Position numbers and translations under genes: made by a program. The notes under the pieces were generated by a model. That model was not told the origin of the DNA. It ran no database searches and saw only the letters and a program-made list of their open reading frames with translations. DNA of 35,083 nt from Alphaproteobacteria bacterium. GTDB lineage: Bacteria > Pseudomonadota > Alphaproteobacteria > CAAHEQ01 > UBA3637. Below, one piece after another: positions 8,025 to 15,956 of the stretch (its first letter is position 1; every line of letters begins with the position of its first letter). The stretch lies in NCBI GenBank assembly GCA_045605805.1, contig JAZUQR010000022.1, positions 1-35,083 of the forward strand. The letters run 5' to 3'.

Positions 8025-8306
8025 ATGCCCGATAAAGAAAATAATTTATCCGAGGCATGGTCTGATGATTTAGAAAGTGCGCTGAACGATTACCATGCGT
8101 TTCGTACGCAAGAAACACCGTTGGAAGCCAAAGATTTTACCGCCTATCATAACGCCTGTAAAGCCGTTTTGGCCCACATTTTAATGATAAAAAAAATGAT
8201 GAACCCAATGACCCAGCAAAATCCTGAAACGGATTTTTTGAATTTATTGGAACAAGCACGAAAGGCAAACCATGAAGAAAATGATGAAAACGATTCCTTT
8301 GATTGA
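8025..8306 (+). CDS. hypothetical protein, candidate terminase small subunit
   Basis: 93 aa, helical-looking, RBS AAGGAG, overlaps the start of the large terminase; assigned by position only. Confidence 0.5.
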   Translation: MPDKENNLSEAWSDDLESALNDYHAFRTQETPLEAKDFTAYHNACKAVLAHILMIKKMMNPMTQQNPETDFLNLLEQARKANHEENDENDSFD

Positions 8307-9699
8307 TTTTGTCTGGATTTGGAATCATCAACTGAATCTGAATCTGCCTCGTCATCACAAAGCCATTTGTCGTTTTTTGGAACGCATTTGGAACCATGAT
8401 AAACGGGGATTGTTGATGGCGTTTCGGGCTTGTGGTAAATCCACATTGGTGGGACTTTTTTGTGTATGGTTGTTGCGCCATAATCCGGAATTACAGATTT
8501 TGATTGTGTCGGCTGATCATTCGTTGGCAAAAAAAATGACACAACATATCAAACGGATTGTGGAATTGCATCCGTTGTGTAAAGATATGAAACCATTGCA
8601 TCCGGAAGAATGGGCATCTGATTGTCTGTCGGTTCAAAGGCAAAGCACGGGCCGTGATCCGTCTGTATTAGCCCGAGGATTGAACGCCAATTTAACAGGC
8701 TGTCGGGCGGATGTGATTATTTGTGATGATGTGGAAGTGCCAAAAACATGTGACACAGGTCCAAAACGCCAAGAGCTGAAACGCAAATTGGAAGAACTGG
8801 AATATGTTTTAACACCCAAAGGGGCTTTAATCTATATCGGCACGCCTCATACACAAGATACTCTGTATAATACGCAGGATGGATTTTTGAAAAATTGGCC
8901 ACTTTTACGCATTCCTATTTTGAATCAAAAAGGGGAATCTAATTGGCCGGAAAAATATCCTGTGGATAAAATTATGTTGATGAAAAGCCGAACGGGAAAA
9001 ACAAAGTTTCAAAGCCAAATGATGTTAAAAGCCGTCAAGCCAAACGAAGCCCGATTGGATGTCAGGCGTTTGCTGTTCTATACAGACGAGCTGAATTATC
9101 ACGAAGCCAACGATTCGGCCACCTTAAAAATCGGCAATATACCCATGGTATCTGTGTCGTGTTGGTGGGATCCGGCCTTTGGTTCGGCCAAAGGCGATCA
9201 CAGTGTGGTGGCCTGCGTTTTTTCTGATGCCAATGGTCATTATTATTTGCATCGTGTGAAAATGTTAAAAGTGCCACCACAAACCGAAGCTGCCGGCTAT
9301 CAGTGTCGGGAAGTGGTCAATTTTATTCGGGAAAATCATTTGCCGGCCATCCATTTGGAAACAAATGGGATTGGCAAGTTTTTGCCCGCCCTGTTGCGTC
9401 AGGAATTGAACCGAGCAAAATTGGGCTGTGCTGTGATAGAAGAAATTGCCCGTACACGCAAGCAAAACAGGATTTTATCTGCCTTTGAGGTGCCACTTAT
9501 GAATGGCGCATTATCTGTGCATACAAGCGTCAAAAAAACAACTTTTGTGGATGAATTACAGGATTTTAATCCCTTTGCCCCAAAAGGACATGACGATGTG
9601 CTGGATTCTGTGGCAGGCTGTTTGTTGGCCGAACCTGTTCGCTTGAAACGCAATGCCTTTGTGCGCTTAAATCGCCCCAAATGGCAAGGAAATTATTAA
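8272..9699 (+). CDS. terminase large subunit (T7 gp19-like)
   Basis: Walker A AFRACGKST, Walker B VIICDDVE, coupling motif IGTP, nuclease acidic residues in WDPA and HDDVLD. The start could be 8272, 8281 or 8284. Confidence 0.92.
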   Translation: MKKMMKTIPLIDFVWIWNHQLNLNLPRHHKAICRFLERIWNHDKRGLLMAFRACGKSTLVGLFCVWLLRHNPELQILIVSADHSLAKKMTQHIKRIVELHPLCKDMKPLHPEEWASDCLSVQRQSTGRDPSVLARGLNANLTGCRADVIICDDVEVPKTCDTGPKRQELKRKLEELEYVLTPKGALIYIGTPHTQDTLYNTQDGFLKNWPLLRIPILNQKGESNWPEKYPVDKIMLMKSRTGKTKFQSQMMLKAVKPNEARLDVRRLLFYTDELNYHEANDSATLKIGNIPMVSVSCWWDPAFGSAKGDHSVVACVFSDANGHYYLHRVKMLKVPPQTEAAGYQCREVVNFIRENHLPAIHLETNGIGKFLPALLRQELNRAKLGCAVIEEIARTRKQNRILSAFEVPLMNGALSVHTSVKKTTFVDELQDFNPFAPKGHDDVLDSVAGCLLAEPVRLKRNAFVRLNRPKWQGNY

Positions 9700-9718
9700 A
9701 AAAAGAAAGGATAAAACG

Positions 9719-10126
9719 ATGACAGAATTAGAGATTTTTGCAAAAACTGTTTTTGGTGAAGCCCGTGGCGAAAAATTGTCTGGCATGGAAGCGGTGGCTA
9801 ATGTCATCCTCAATCGTGTCAAACATGCCCAAAGAATTGGCAGCTATTGGTGGGGCAAAACAATTGAAGAAGTATGCTTGAAACCATTTCAATTTTCGTG
9901 TTGGAATAAAAATGATGTCAATTTTGCACTTTTACAACAAGATTTGAAAGACAATAAAGTGTATCAAATCTGTGAAAGAATTGCCAAACGGGCGTTAGCT
10001 GGCTTTTTGCCGGATAACACCAAAGGGGCCACGCATTACCATGCAGATTCAATAAATCCTTCGTGGGCAAGATGTGCCGTTCCATGCGCCCAAATTGGCC
10101 GTCATGTGTTTTATGCTTTGTATTGA
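9719..10126 (+). CDS. cell wall hydrolase, SleB/Hydrolase_2 family (putative endolysin)
   Basis: GEARGE (catalytic Glu), VANVILNRV, QFSCWN, GATHYHA and IGRHVFY. Confidence 0.9.
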   Translation: MTELEIFAKTVFGEARGEKLSGMEAVANVILNRVKHAQRIGSYWWGKTIEEVCLKPFQFSCWNKNDVNFALLQQDLKDNKVYQICERIAKRALAGFLPDNTKGATHYHADSINPSWARCAVPCAQIGRHVFYALY

Positions 10127-10137
10127 AAGGAAAAAAA

Positions 10138-10449
10138 ATGCCAAGTCAAAATCTTACAATGGAAACCGGCAAGTTGATGGCAACGGTGTCCAACCTACAA
10201 AATGAACTCGGCCATATCAAAAAAGAAATGCATACATTGAATAATCAAGTGATGAAAGTGCATGATGATTTGATTGGTTTTATGGGCACAGTTCAAACAA
10301 AAGGCAGTTGTGAACATATCCAACGGATTTTGAAATCAGACTATGTCCAACGCAGTGAATTGGCCCCCTTCAAAGCAATTTTGGGGGCTGTTTCTTTAAC
10401 AACGGTCACAGCCATCACTGTGGCCATCTTAAACCTTATTTTGAAATGA
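10138..10449 (+). CDS. coiled-coil protein with C-terminal transmembrane helix (putative lysis accessory protein)
   Basis: ATG 10138 follows GAAAGGA; heptad-like N-terminal half and hydrophobic C-terminus (ILGAVSLTTVTAITVAILNLIL). Confidence 0.55.
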   Translation: MPSQNLTMETGKLMATVSNLQNELGHIKKEMHTLNNQVMKVHDDLIGFMGTVQTKGSCEHIQRILKSDYVQRSELAPFKAILGAVSLTTVTAITVAILNLILK

Positions 10450-10646
10450 AAGGAAAGAAAATGATTCAATTTATTATGACTTATTTTAATGATATTTTGG
10501 GTGCCATTACATCCATTATTGCTGGGGCCAGTGCCTTATCAGCCATCACGCCAACAACAAAAGACGATACCGTTTTGAAAAAAGTGAAAAACTGTTTAGA
10601 TATAGTGGCCCTAAATATAGGCAATGCCAAAACGGCAACAGCCTAA
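10446..10646 (+). CDS. small holin-like membrane protein
   Basis: One hydrophobic helix followed by TPTTKDD..L.K...LDIVALN, a pattern seen in small phage membrane proteins; starts possible at 10446 and 10461. Confidence 0.55.
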   Translation: MKGKKMIQFIMTYFNDILGAITSIIAGASALSAITPTTKDDTVLKKVKNCLDIVALNIGNAKTATA

Positions 10647-11137
10647 ACAAGTGACCGGCGGCGGGCTTTTTTCGGGCCAAAAGTGTGCCAAGATTCTCCT
10701 TCATCAAGTAAAAGCACAACCCCGTCTGCCGGTTGTAATTTATACACAGGTTCGGATTGGGAAATATAAGAAATAAACTCGGTCAACCCTGGTAATTCGC
10801 CCACAATCATCACACAAAATAAAATGTCGTCCAGCTTATGAATCATCTCTAAAATCCGATAATCCGGTGCATCATATAACGAATCTTTGTACAGAATATC
10901 CGATTTTCCCAAAACTTCGTCCAACAAATCCAAAGTTTGATGCACATACAAAGTTGGCGAACATAAAATTAAATCAGGCATTAAAATGGGATTTTCTTTT
11001 AATTCTTCCAACAAAGTTAAAACATCGTTGATGCCCTTTTTGGAAAGTGGTCGTTTTAATTCATTCAAAACGGGTGCTGTTTCATCAGGCGACCCAGCCG
11101 CCACAACATAAAGAATCCTATTTTTCTGTTGATGCAT
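10643..11137 (-). CDS. SixA-like histidine phosphatase fold protein with substituted catalytic residues
   Basis: RPLSKKG, PDLILCSP...QT, LYDA and MIVG.P match SixA, but the RH motif reads AA and GHxP reads GELP. ATG 11137 has RBS AAGGGGAG. Confidence 0.65.
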   Translation of the reverse strand: MHQQKNRILYVVAAGSPDETAPVLNELKRPLSKKGINDVLTLLEELKENPILMPDLILCSPTLYVHQTLDLLDEVLGKSDILYKDSLYDAPDYRILEMIHKLDDILFCVMIVGELPGLTEFISYISQSEPVYKLQPADGVVLLLDEGESWHTFGPKKARRRSLV

Positions 11138-11194
11138 AAAATCTCCCCTTGTATTGTTCAAAAGATATAGGAAGATTTTGTCAAAATTGCAATC

Positions 11195-11452
11195 TTATTG
11201 AACGATGTGCGTGTTTTTTTGTGAATCCGCAAGCTGTTCCTGAGTCACCGCATTTATTGGCAACTCTTGCAAACGATTTTGTCCCGTAATAATCCGCCAA
11301 CTTTCAGAAAAGAAATAGGCTGTTTTCGTAATGCTTGTTTGCGGCTTGATACCCCAAATGGCCCACAGCAAAGTAAAACCAATTCCTGTCAACACGATGG
11401 TGTTGATAATAAGGTTCAAAGTAAACTTTATACACTTTAATAATTTTTCCAT
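11195..11452 (-). CDS. small hypothetical membrane protein
   Basis: 85 aa from ATG 11452 with one TM segment (LIINTIVLTGIGFTLLWAIWGI). Confidence 0.55.
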   Translation of the reverse strand: MEKLLKCIKFTLNLIINTIVLTGIGFTLLWAIWGIKPQTSITKTAYFFSESWRIITGQNRLQELPINAVTQEQLADSQKNTHIVQ

Positions 11453-11502
11453 TGAAAAAAACCTCTCTTTTATTATATACTTTTTAACAAAAGAGAAGAA
11501 AA

Positions 11503-12177
11503 ATGTCAAGCGAAGAAATAATTAAAATTGAAGAATATGAAGTGCATCTTGTCAAAAGCAAGCGGGCAAGGTCGGTTTTTTTGAAGCAAAACTTAAAAGG
11601 GCAAATTGTTTTAGTCTGTCCTACTCTGTGTCATAAACTGGTGGCCATTACCTTTGCTGAAACACAAATAGAATGGATAAAAGCTCATATTGAAAACGGG
11701 CCAAAAGAACACAGATTCCAACCCAATGATGAGGTGATGATATTGGGTAAAGTCTATACATTAAAAAGAGGTAAAAGAACAGAAGTTTTGAAAAATGAAT
11801 GGATGATATCGGGCGAAGAAAGGTTTTTTCACAGGCGGGTATGTTCGTTGGCGCAAAAGCAATTGCTCAGCCATATCCAAAACAAAGTAAAAGAATTGAC
11901 GCAAGTTTTGCAAGTGAAAGTGAAACGCATTACTTTGCGTAATACCTCATCCCGATGGGGCAGTTGTTCGTCCGAGAAAAATCTCAGTTTTTGCTGGAAA
12001 ATTGCCTTTGCGCCCATGGAAGTGATAGACTATCTTGTGGCGCATGAGGTGGCCCATCTGGTTCAAATGAACCACAGCCAAAAGTTTTGGAAATTGGTGG
12101 ATACATTGACAAATCATCGGGAATATGCCGAAAAATGGTTAAAGGAAAACGGCCGTTTCTTGCAAAGCATCCAATAA
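11503..12177 (+). CDS. YgjP/DUF45-like zinc metalloprotein (often annotated M48/SprT family)
   Basis: SRWGSCS, IDYLVAHEVAHL (HExxH) and MNHSQKFW. Confidence 0.88.
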   Translation: MSSEEIIKIEEYEVHLVKSKRARSVFLKQNLKGQIVLVCPTLCHKLVAITFAETQIEWIKAHIENGPKEHRFQPNDEVMILGKVYTLKRGKRTEVLKNEWMISGEERFFHRRVCSLAQKQLLSHIQNKVKELTQVLQVKVKRITLRNTSSRWGSCSSEKNLSFCWKIAFAPMEVIDYLVAHEVAHLVQMNHSQKFWKLVDTLTNHREYAEKWLKENGRFLQSIQ

Positions 12178-12219
12178 AAATACATAAAATATCATTTCTT
12201 GCTTGCTTTTTATGAAAAG

Positions 12220-12234
12220 TTAATATATGGTTAA
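12220..12234. promoter_or_regulatory. CtrA binding box TTAA-N7-TTAA upstream of ctrA
   Basis: TTAA tatatgg TTAA, 17 nt upstream of the ctrA start codon. Confidence 0.7.
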
Positions 12235-12251
12235 AGAAAAAGGAGGCAATC

Positions 12252-12935
12252 GTGCATATTTTGTTGATAGAAGATGATAAAGCAATGAACCAAACAATTT
12301 CCACTTTGTTAAAGCGTTCAGGGATGACGGTGGAATCTGCGTTGAAAGCCAAAGAGGGGTTGGAACTTCTTAAAATATATGAATATGACTTGATTATCTT
12401 GGACTTGATGTTGCCGGATATGACAGGGGCAGATGTCCTGCGCAGTGTGCGTGCCTTGAATATAGCCACCCCCGTTTTGGTGCTGTCTGCCATTGAATTG
12501 GCCCAAAAGAAAGTGGAATGTCTGGCCCTGGGCGCAGACGATTATGTGAATAAACCTTTTAATGGTGAAGAATTAATTGCTCGGGTCAATGCTATTGTGC
12601 GGCGCAGCAAGGGTCATGCCGAAGCGGTGGTCAAAGTTGGAAAAATGTCCATTGACCTGAATACAAAAGTCGTCACAGTGGCGGATAAAATCTTGCCTTT
12701 AACAGGAAAAGAATATGCGCTGATTGAATTGTTGGCGTTAAAAAAAGGTTCAACGGTAAGTAAAGAACAATTTTTGAATCATCTGTATAATGGCATGGAT
12801 GAACCGGAAGTAAAAATCATAGATGTGTTTTTCTGTAAAATAAGGTCAAAAATTAAAGAATTGTCTGATGGGGAAGATTATATCACAACCGTTTGGGGGC
12901 GGGGTTATATTCTTCAAGAATCTCCACTGAACTAA
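12252..12935 (+). CDS. ctrA: cell cycle response regulator CtrA
   Basis: Asp51 in YDLIILDLMLPD; AIVRRSKGHA, LTGKEY, FLNHLYNGMDEPEVKIIDVF and TVWGRGY are CtrA-specific. Confidence 0.92.
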   Translation: MHILLIEDDKAMNQTISTLLKRSGMTVESALKAKEGLELLKIYEYDLIILDLMLPDMTGADVLRSVRALNIATPVLVLSAIELAQKKVECLALGADDYVNKPFNGEELIARVNAIVRRSKGHAEAVVKVGKMSIDLNTKVVTVADKILPLTGKEYALIELLALKKGSTVSKEQFLNHLYNGMDEPEVKIIDVFFCKIRSKIKELSDGEDYITTVWGRGYILQESPLN

Positions 12936-12942
12936 AATCCAC

Positions 12943-12975
12943 AAAAAAAAGACCCCGAGAAATCGGGGCTTTTTT
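12943..12975. terminator. bidirectional intrinsic terminator between ctrA and rpmG
   Basis: A run, CCCCGA-GAAA-TCGGGG hairpin, T run, between convergent genes. Confidence 0.85.
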
Positions 12976-12992
12976 GTGAAAGGAAAACCAAA

Positions 12993-13163
12993 TTATTTAA
13001 TTGGTTTTTCTGTAAACTCAACATGCTTACGAGCCTTGCGGTCGTATTTGCGCACTTTCATCTTTTCAGTATGTGTTTTTGGGTTCTTTTTTGTAATGTA
13101 AAAATACCCAGTACCTTCTGTACTGACAAGACGAATTTCATTTTTAACAGTCTTTTTTGCCAT
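12993..13163 (-). CDS. rpmG: 50S ribosomal protein L33 (absent from the ORF track)
   Basis: Manual translation: [56 protein letters not shown]. Confidence 0.95.
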   Translation of the reverse strand: MAKKTVKNEIRLVSTEGTGYFYITKKNPKTHTEKMKVRKYDRKARKHVEFTEKPIK

Positions 13164-13223
13164 AGTTATTGCCTTTGCTTGAAGTTAAAACTGGCGTTAT
13201 TCTAACCTTTTTTTTTGTGCTTG

Positions 13224-13700
13224 TCAAGAAGATTTTTTGTTTTTCAAAACTTTCTTTACCCACAAAGCCAGATGTTGTGTCAACAAAGCACGGTGAACAG
13301 GGGATTTAAGTTTCACTAAATAAGGGGCAAAAGCAATTTGATAGGCTTCATGTTTCGTTAAACAATCCGATACCCGATTTTGTAAATAATGTTGCCAGCT
13401 GTCCCCGCTTAAAAGGGCAATTTTTTTGCGTCCGTCCGCTAAAATAGCCACCCTTTTTAATAAAACGGATAAGGCTTTTAAGTAAGGGATATCATCTGGA
13501 TAAAGGGTATCAAAATCGTTGATTTTGCGAATCGCATACCTATCTGGCCGATTGTGCCACATCCGATAAAGAAAAATGCCCAACAAAAAAATAAGCAAAA
13601 TAAGCCCAAACAAAATCCACCAACCATAGGCAAGGGGCCAAAAATCCGGCTTATCCATCAAGTGAATATCTCGCAATCCGGATAAATCAATCTCACCCAT
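13224..13700 (-). CDS. DUF4381-like membrane protein of the MoxR operon
   Basis: LRDIHL...FWPLAYGWW, TM helix, LLKRVA and LSGDSW; located after DUF58. Confidence 0.8.
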   Translation of the reverse strand: MGEIDLSGLRDIHLMDKPDFWPLAYGWWILFGLILLIFLLGIFLYRMWHNRPDRYAIRKINDFDTLYPDDIPYLKALSVLLKRVAILADGRKKIALLSGDSWQHYLQNRVSDCLTKHEAYQIAFAPYLVKLKSPVHRALLTQHLALWVKKVLKNKKSS

Positions 13701-14604
13701 GAACGCCCCCTTTCCCAAAGCAAAAACGAATCAGTTCATTCAAATAATCCGAATCGGTTGGAATGGGTAAATAGCCCCAACCGTATTTTTGGGCCGCCTT
13801 TTGAATGACAGCCTGTTGATTTTGCCATTGTGCATGAAACTTTTGACGCATCTTGTCATTCAAAGCCGATACAACTAAATTGGATTTTCCGTCTGAAAAA
13901 GGCAGAGTATCTTGTGGTAAATTGGCCTCTAATTGATCATAGATAGAACAAAATAAAAAAGTATTTTTTTCGCTGAAACGGGATAAAAGCACAAGGTGCT
14001 GATCGGTCAAGTCGTGAAAATCGCTGAAAAAAAACAAAAAAGAACCAGCCGGAATCATCTGCCCCAATAAGCGCATAGCCTTATCCAATCCGCCCGCAGT
14101 GGCCTTAAATTTGTCAGGATTGGCCATCTGATTCAATAAAGGCATTAAAGCATTGGTATCACAATCACCACTTGTTAAAAGACCGTTATCAGTCAGCAAA
14201 AGAGAACCGATTTTGTCATGTTGATGTTCGGCAATAAAAGCCATAAAAGCCGTCAATCTGGCCGCAATCACAGCCTTAAAAGCGCCATGCGTGGCAAAGA
14301 ACATAGAAGGGCGCAAATCCACAACAAAAAAAACAGTGCGTTCTTTTTCTTCTGTGTATAGTTTTGTAAAGGGTTTACCATATTTGGCAGTCACATGCCA
14401 GTCAATCTGCCGAATATCATCCCCAGGTTGATACACCCGCACCTCTTGGAAATCAAGGCCTCTGGACTTAAAGGGGGAAAAAGTGTTTCCCGAACCAGTG
14501 AAAGACTTTTTGCCGGTTTCAGGCAACAAAAACAAATCAGCTTTTTTGCGTAAAGCCACCAAATCTTTCAAAAGAATCTGTGTGGGATGAAAATGGGCCG
14601 TCAC
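13693..14604 (-). CDS. DUF58 (VWA-related) protein
   Basis: GLDFQEVRVYQPGDDIRQIDWHVTA, VDLRPSM and FSDF. Confidence 0.9.
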   Translation of the reverse strand: MTAHFHPTQILLKDLVALRKKADLFLLPETGKKSFTGSGNTFSPFKSRGLDFQEVRVYQPGDDIRQIDWHVTAKYGKPFTKLYTEEKERTVFFVVDLRPSMFFATHGAFKAVIAARLTAFMAFIAEHQHDKIGSLLLTDNGLLTSGDCDTNALMPLLNQMANPDKFKATAGGLDKAMRLLGQMIPAGSFLFFFSDFHDLTDQHLVLLSRFSEKNTFLFCSIYDQLEANLPQDTLPFSDGKSNLVVSALNDKMRQKFHAQWQNQQAVIQKAAQKYGWGYLPIPTDSDYLNELIRFCFGKGGVHG

Positions 14605-14614
14605 TTGTGCCTCC

Positions 14615-15577
14615 CTATGGCATTGGAACTCGTTCTATAAGCATATCTAACACTTCATCAGGCGTAATATGTTCGGATTTAGCATCAAAGGATAAAATAA
14701 TACGATGACGCAACACATCATGAATCAAATCCGTCACATCCGAAGGGAAAACTGCTTCATGTCCGTTTAACCAAGCATTCGCTCTGGCACAAATATCCAA
14801 AGCAATTGTGCCACGAGGACTGGCCCCATAGCGCAAAAGACGGGCAACATCGCTGTCATAACGATTCGGTTCCCGAGTGGCCATAATAAATTGAACGATA
14901 TATTCTTCCAATTCGGGGGCCATAGGAATGTTCAACACTTCCTGTCTGGCACTGAAAATAACAGATTCTTTAATTTTTTTGAATGGAGGAGGGGGAAACT
15001 TTTTTTCTTCGCCTTGAACCAATTTCAAAATCTTGCGTTCGGCTTCAATATCCGGATGATGAATAATCACATACATTAAAAAGCGGTCCAGTTGAGCCTC
15101 AGGCAAACGATAAGTCCCTTCGTTTTCAATGGGGTTTTGGGTGGCCATCACAGTAAATAAATCAGGCAAACGATAGGTTGTGTTGCCAATGGTCACTTGT
15201 CTTTCCCCCATAGCTTCCAACAGGGCCGATTGAACTTTTGCAGGTGCCCGATTGATTTCATCAGCCAAAATCAAATTGTGAAAAATAGGCCCCTTTTGAA
15301 AATAAAACGAACCGTTTTCAGGCCGATAAACATCACTGCCGGTCACATCCGAAGGTAATAAATCAGGTGTAAATTGAATGCGATGCGCTTTGGATTCAAT
15401 AGTTTGAGATAAAATCTTCACAGCCTTCGTCTTGGCCAAGCCCGGTGCGCCTTCAACCAATAAATGCCCATCACACAGTAAGGCCAATAAAAGCCGATCC
15501 ACAAGGGATGCTTGTCCAATAATTTGGCTGTTGATATAAGTGCGTAAGTTTTGAAAAATTGTTTGTAGTTCTGTCAT
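14615..15577 (-). CDS. moxR: MoxR-family AAA+ ATPase
   Basis: GAPGLAKT, RIQFTPDLLPSD, LADEINRAPAKVQSALLEAM, ATQNPIE and LPEAQLDRF; ATG 15577 has RBS AAAGGGG. Confidence 0.93.
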   Translation of the reverse strand: MTELQTIFQNLRTYINSQIIGQASLVDRLLLALLCDGHLLVEGAPGLAKTKAVKILSQTIESKAHRIQFTPDLLPSDVTGSDVYRPENGSFYFQKGPIFHNLILADEINRAPAKVQSALLEAMGERQVTIGNTTYRLPDLFTVMATQNPIENEGTYRLPEAQLDRFLMYVIIHHPDIEAERKILKLVQGEEKKFPPPPFKKIKESVIFSARQEVLNIPMAPELEEYIVQFIMATREPNRYDSDVARLLRYGASPRGTIALDICARANAWLNGHEAVFPSDVTDLIHDVLRHRIILSFDAKSEHITPDEVLDMLIERVPMP

Positions 15578-15723
15578 GGGACCCCTTTCTTTTATAACTT
15601 TAATATAACGCATTTGAAATAAAAAGCAAACTATTTTGAAAAAAAGACTTGACTTGTACAACTGTTAAACGATATATATTTTCAAAGTTCGTGTTTTAAT
15701 TGTATTTTTTTGAAGGAGAGGAA

Positions 15724-15939
15724 ATGAAAAAGACACATCTGATTCGGCCGGCTGATGCCAAAGAATATATTGGTTTTCAATTTCAAGGTTTGGTTGAAAC
15801 ATTGGAATTGTTTGACTACCAAGGGGTAGCTCGGGTTGTTCGTGCAACACAAAGTATGTTTGATGAAAGTATGCCGGAAGTCCATAAAGAGCCAAGCCCA
15901 GATTGTATTTTGTTAGAAGGAAAATATCACTCAAGATAG
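15724..15939 (+). CDS. small hypothetical protein (71 aa)
   Basis: Strong RBS GAAGGAGAGG before ATG 15724; fills the intergenic gap divergent from moxR. Confidence 0.6.
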   Translation: MKKTHLIRPADAKEYIGFQFQGLVETLELFDYQGVARVVRATQSMFDESMPEVHKEPSPDCILLEGKYHSR

Positions 15940-15956
15940 GGGCTTTCTGTCACAAA

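Noticed and set aside
1832-10126. Canonical RcGTA-like cluster
   Set aside because: There is no HK97-type portal, prohead protease, major tail tube, tape measure or megatron-like gene; the components are podoviral and TerL is at the end.
149-10646. Complete inducible prophage, or a satellite such as a capsid-forming PICI
   Set aside because: No integrase, primase/replicase or att repeats are visible in the window, and the right end abuts a host gene. Not fully excluded, because sequence left of position 1 is unseen.
13023-13205. 60-aa plus-strand ORF
   Set aside because: It is antisense to rpmG, which is the real gene here.
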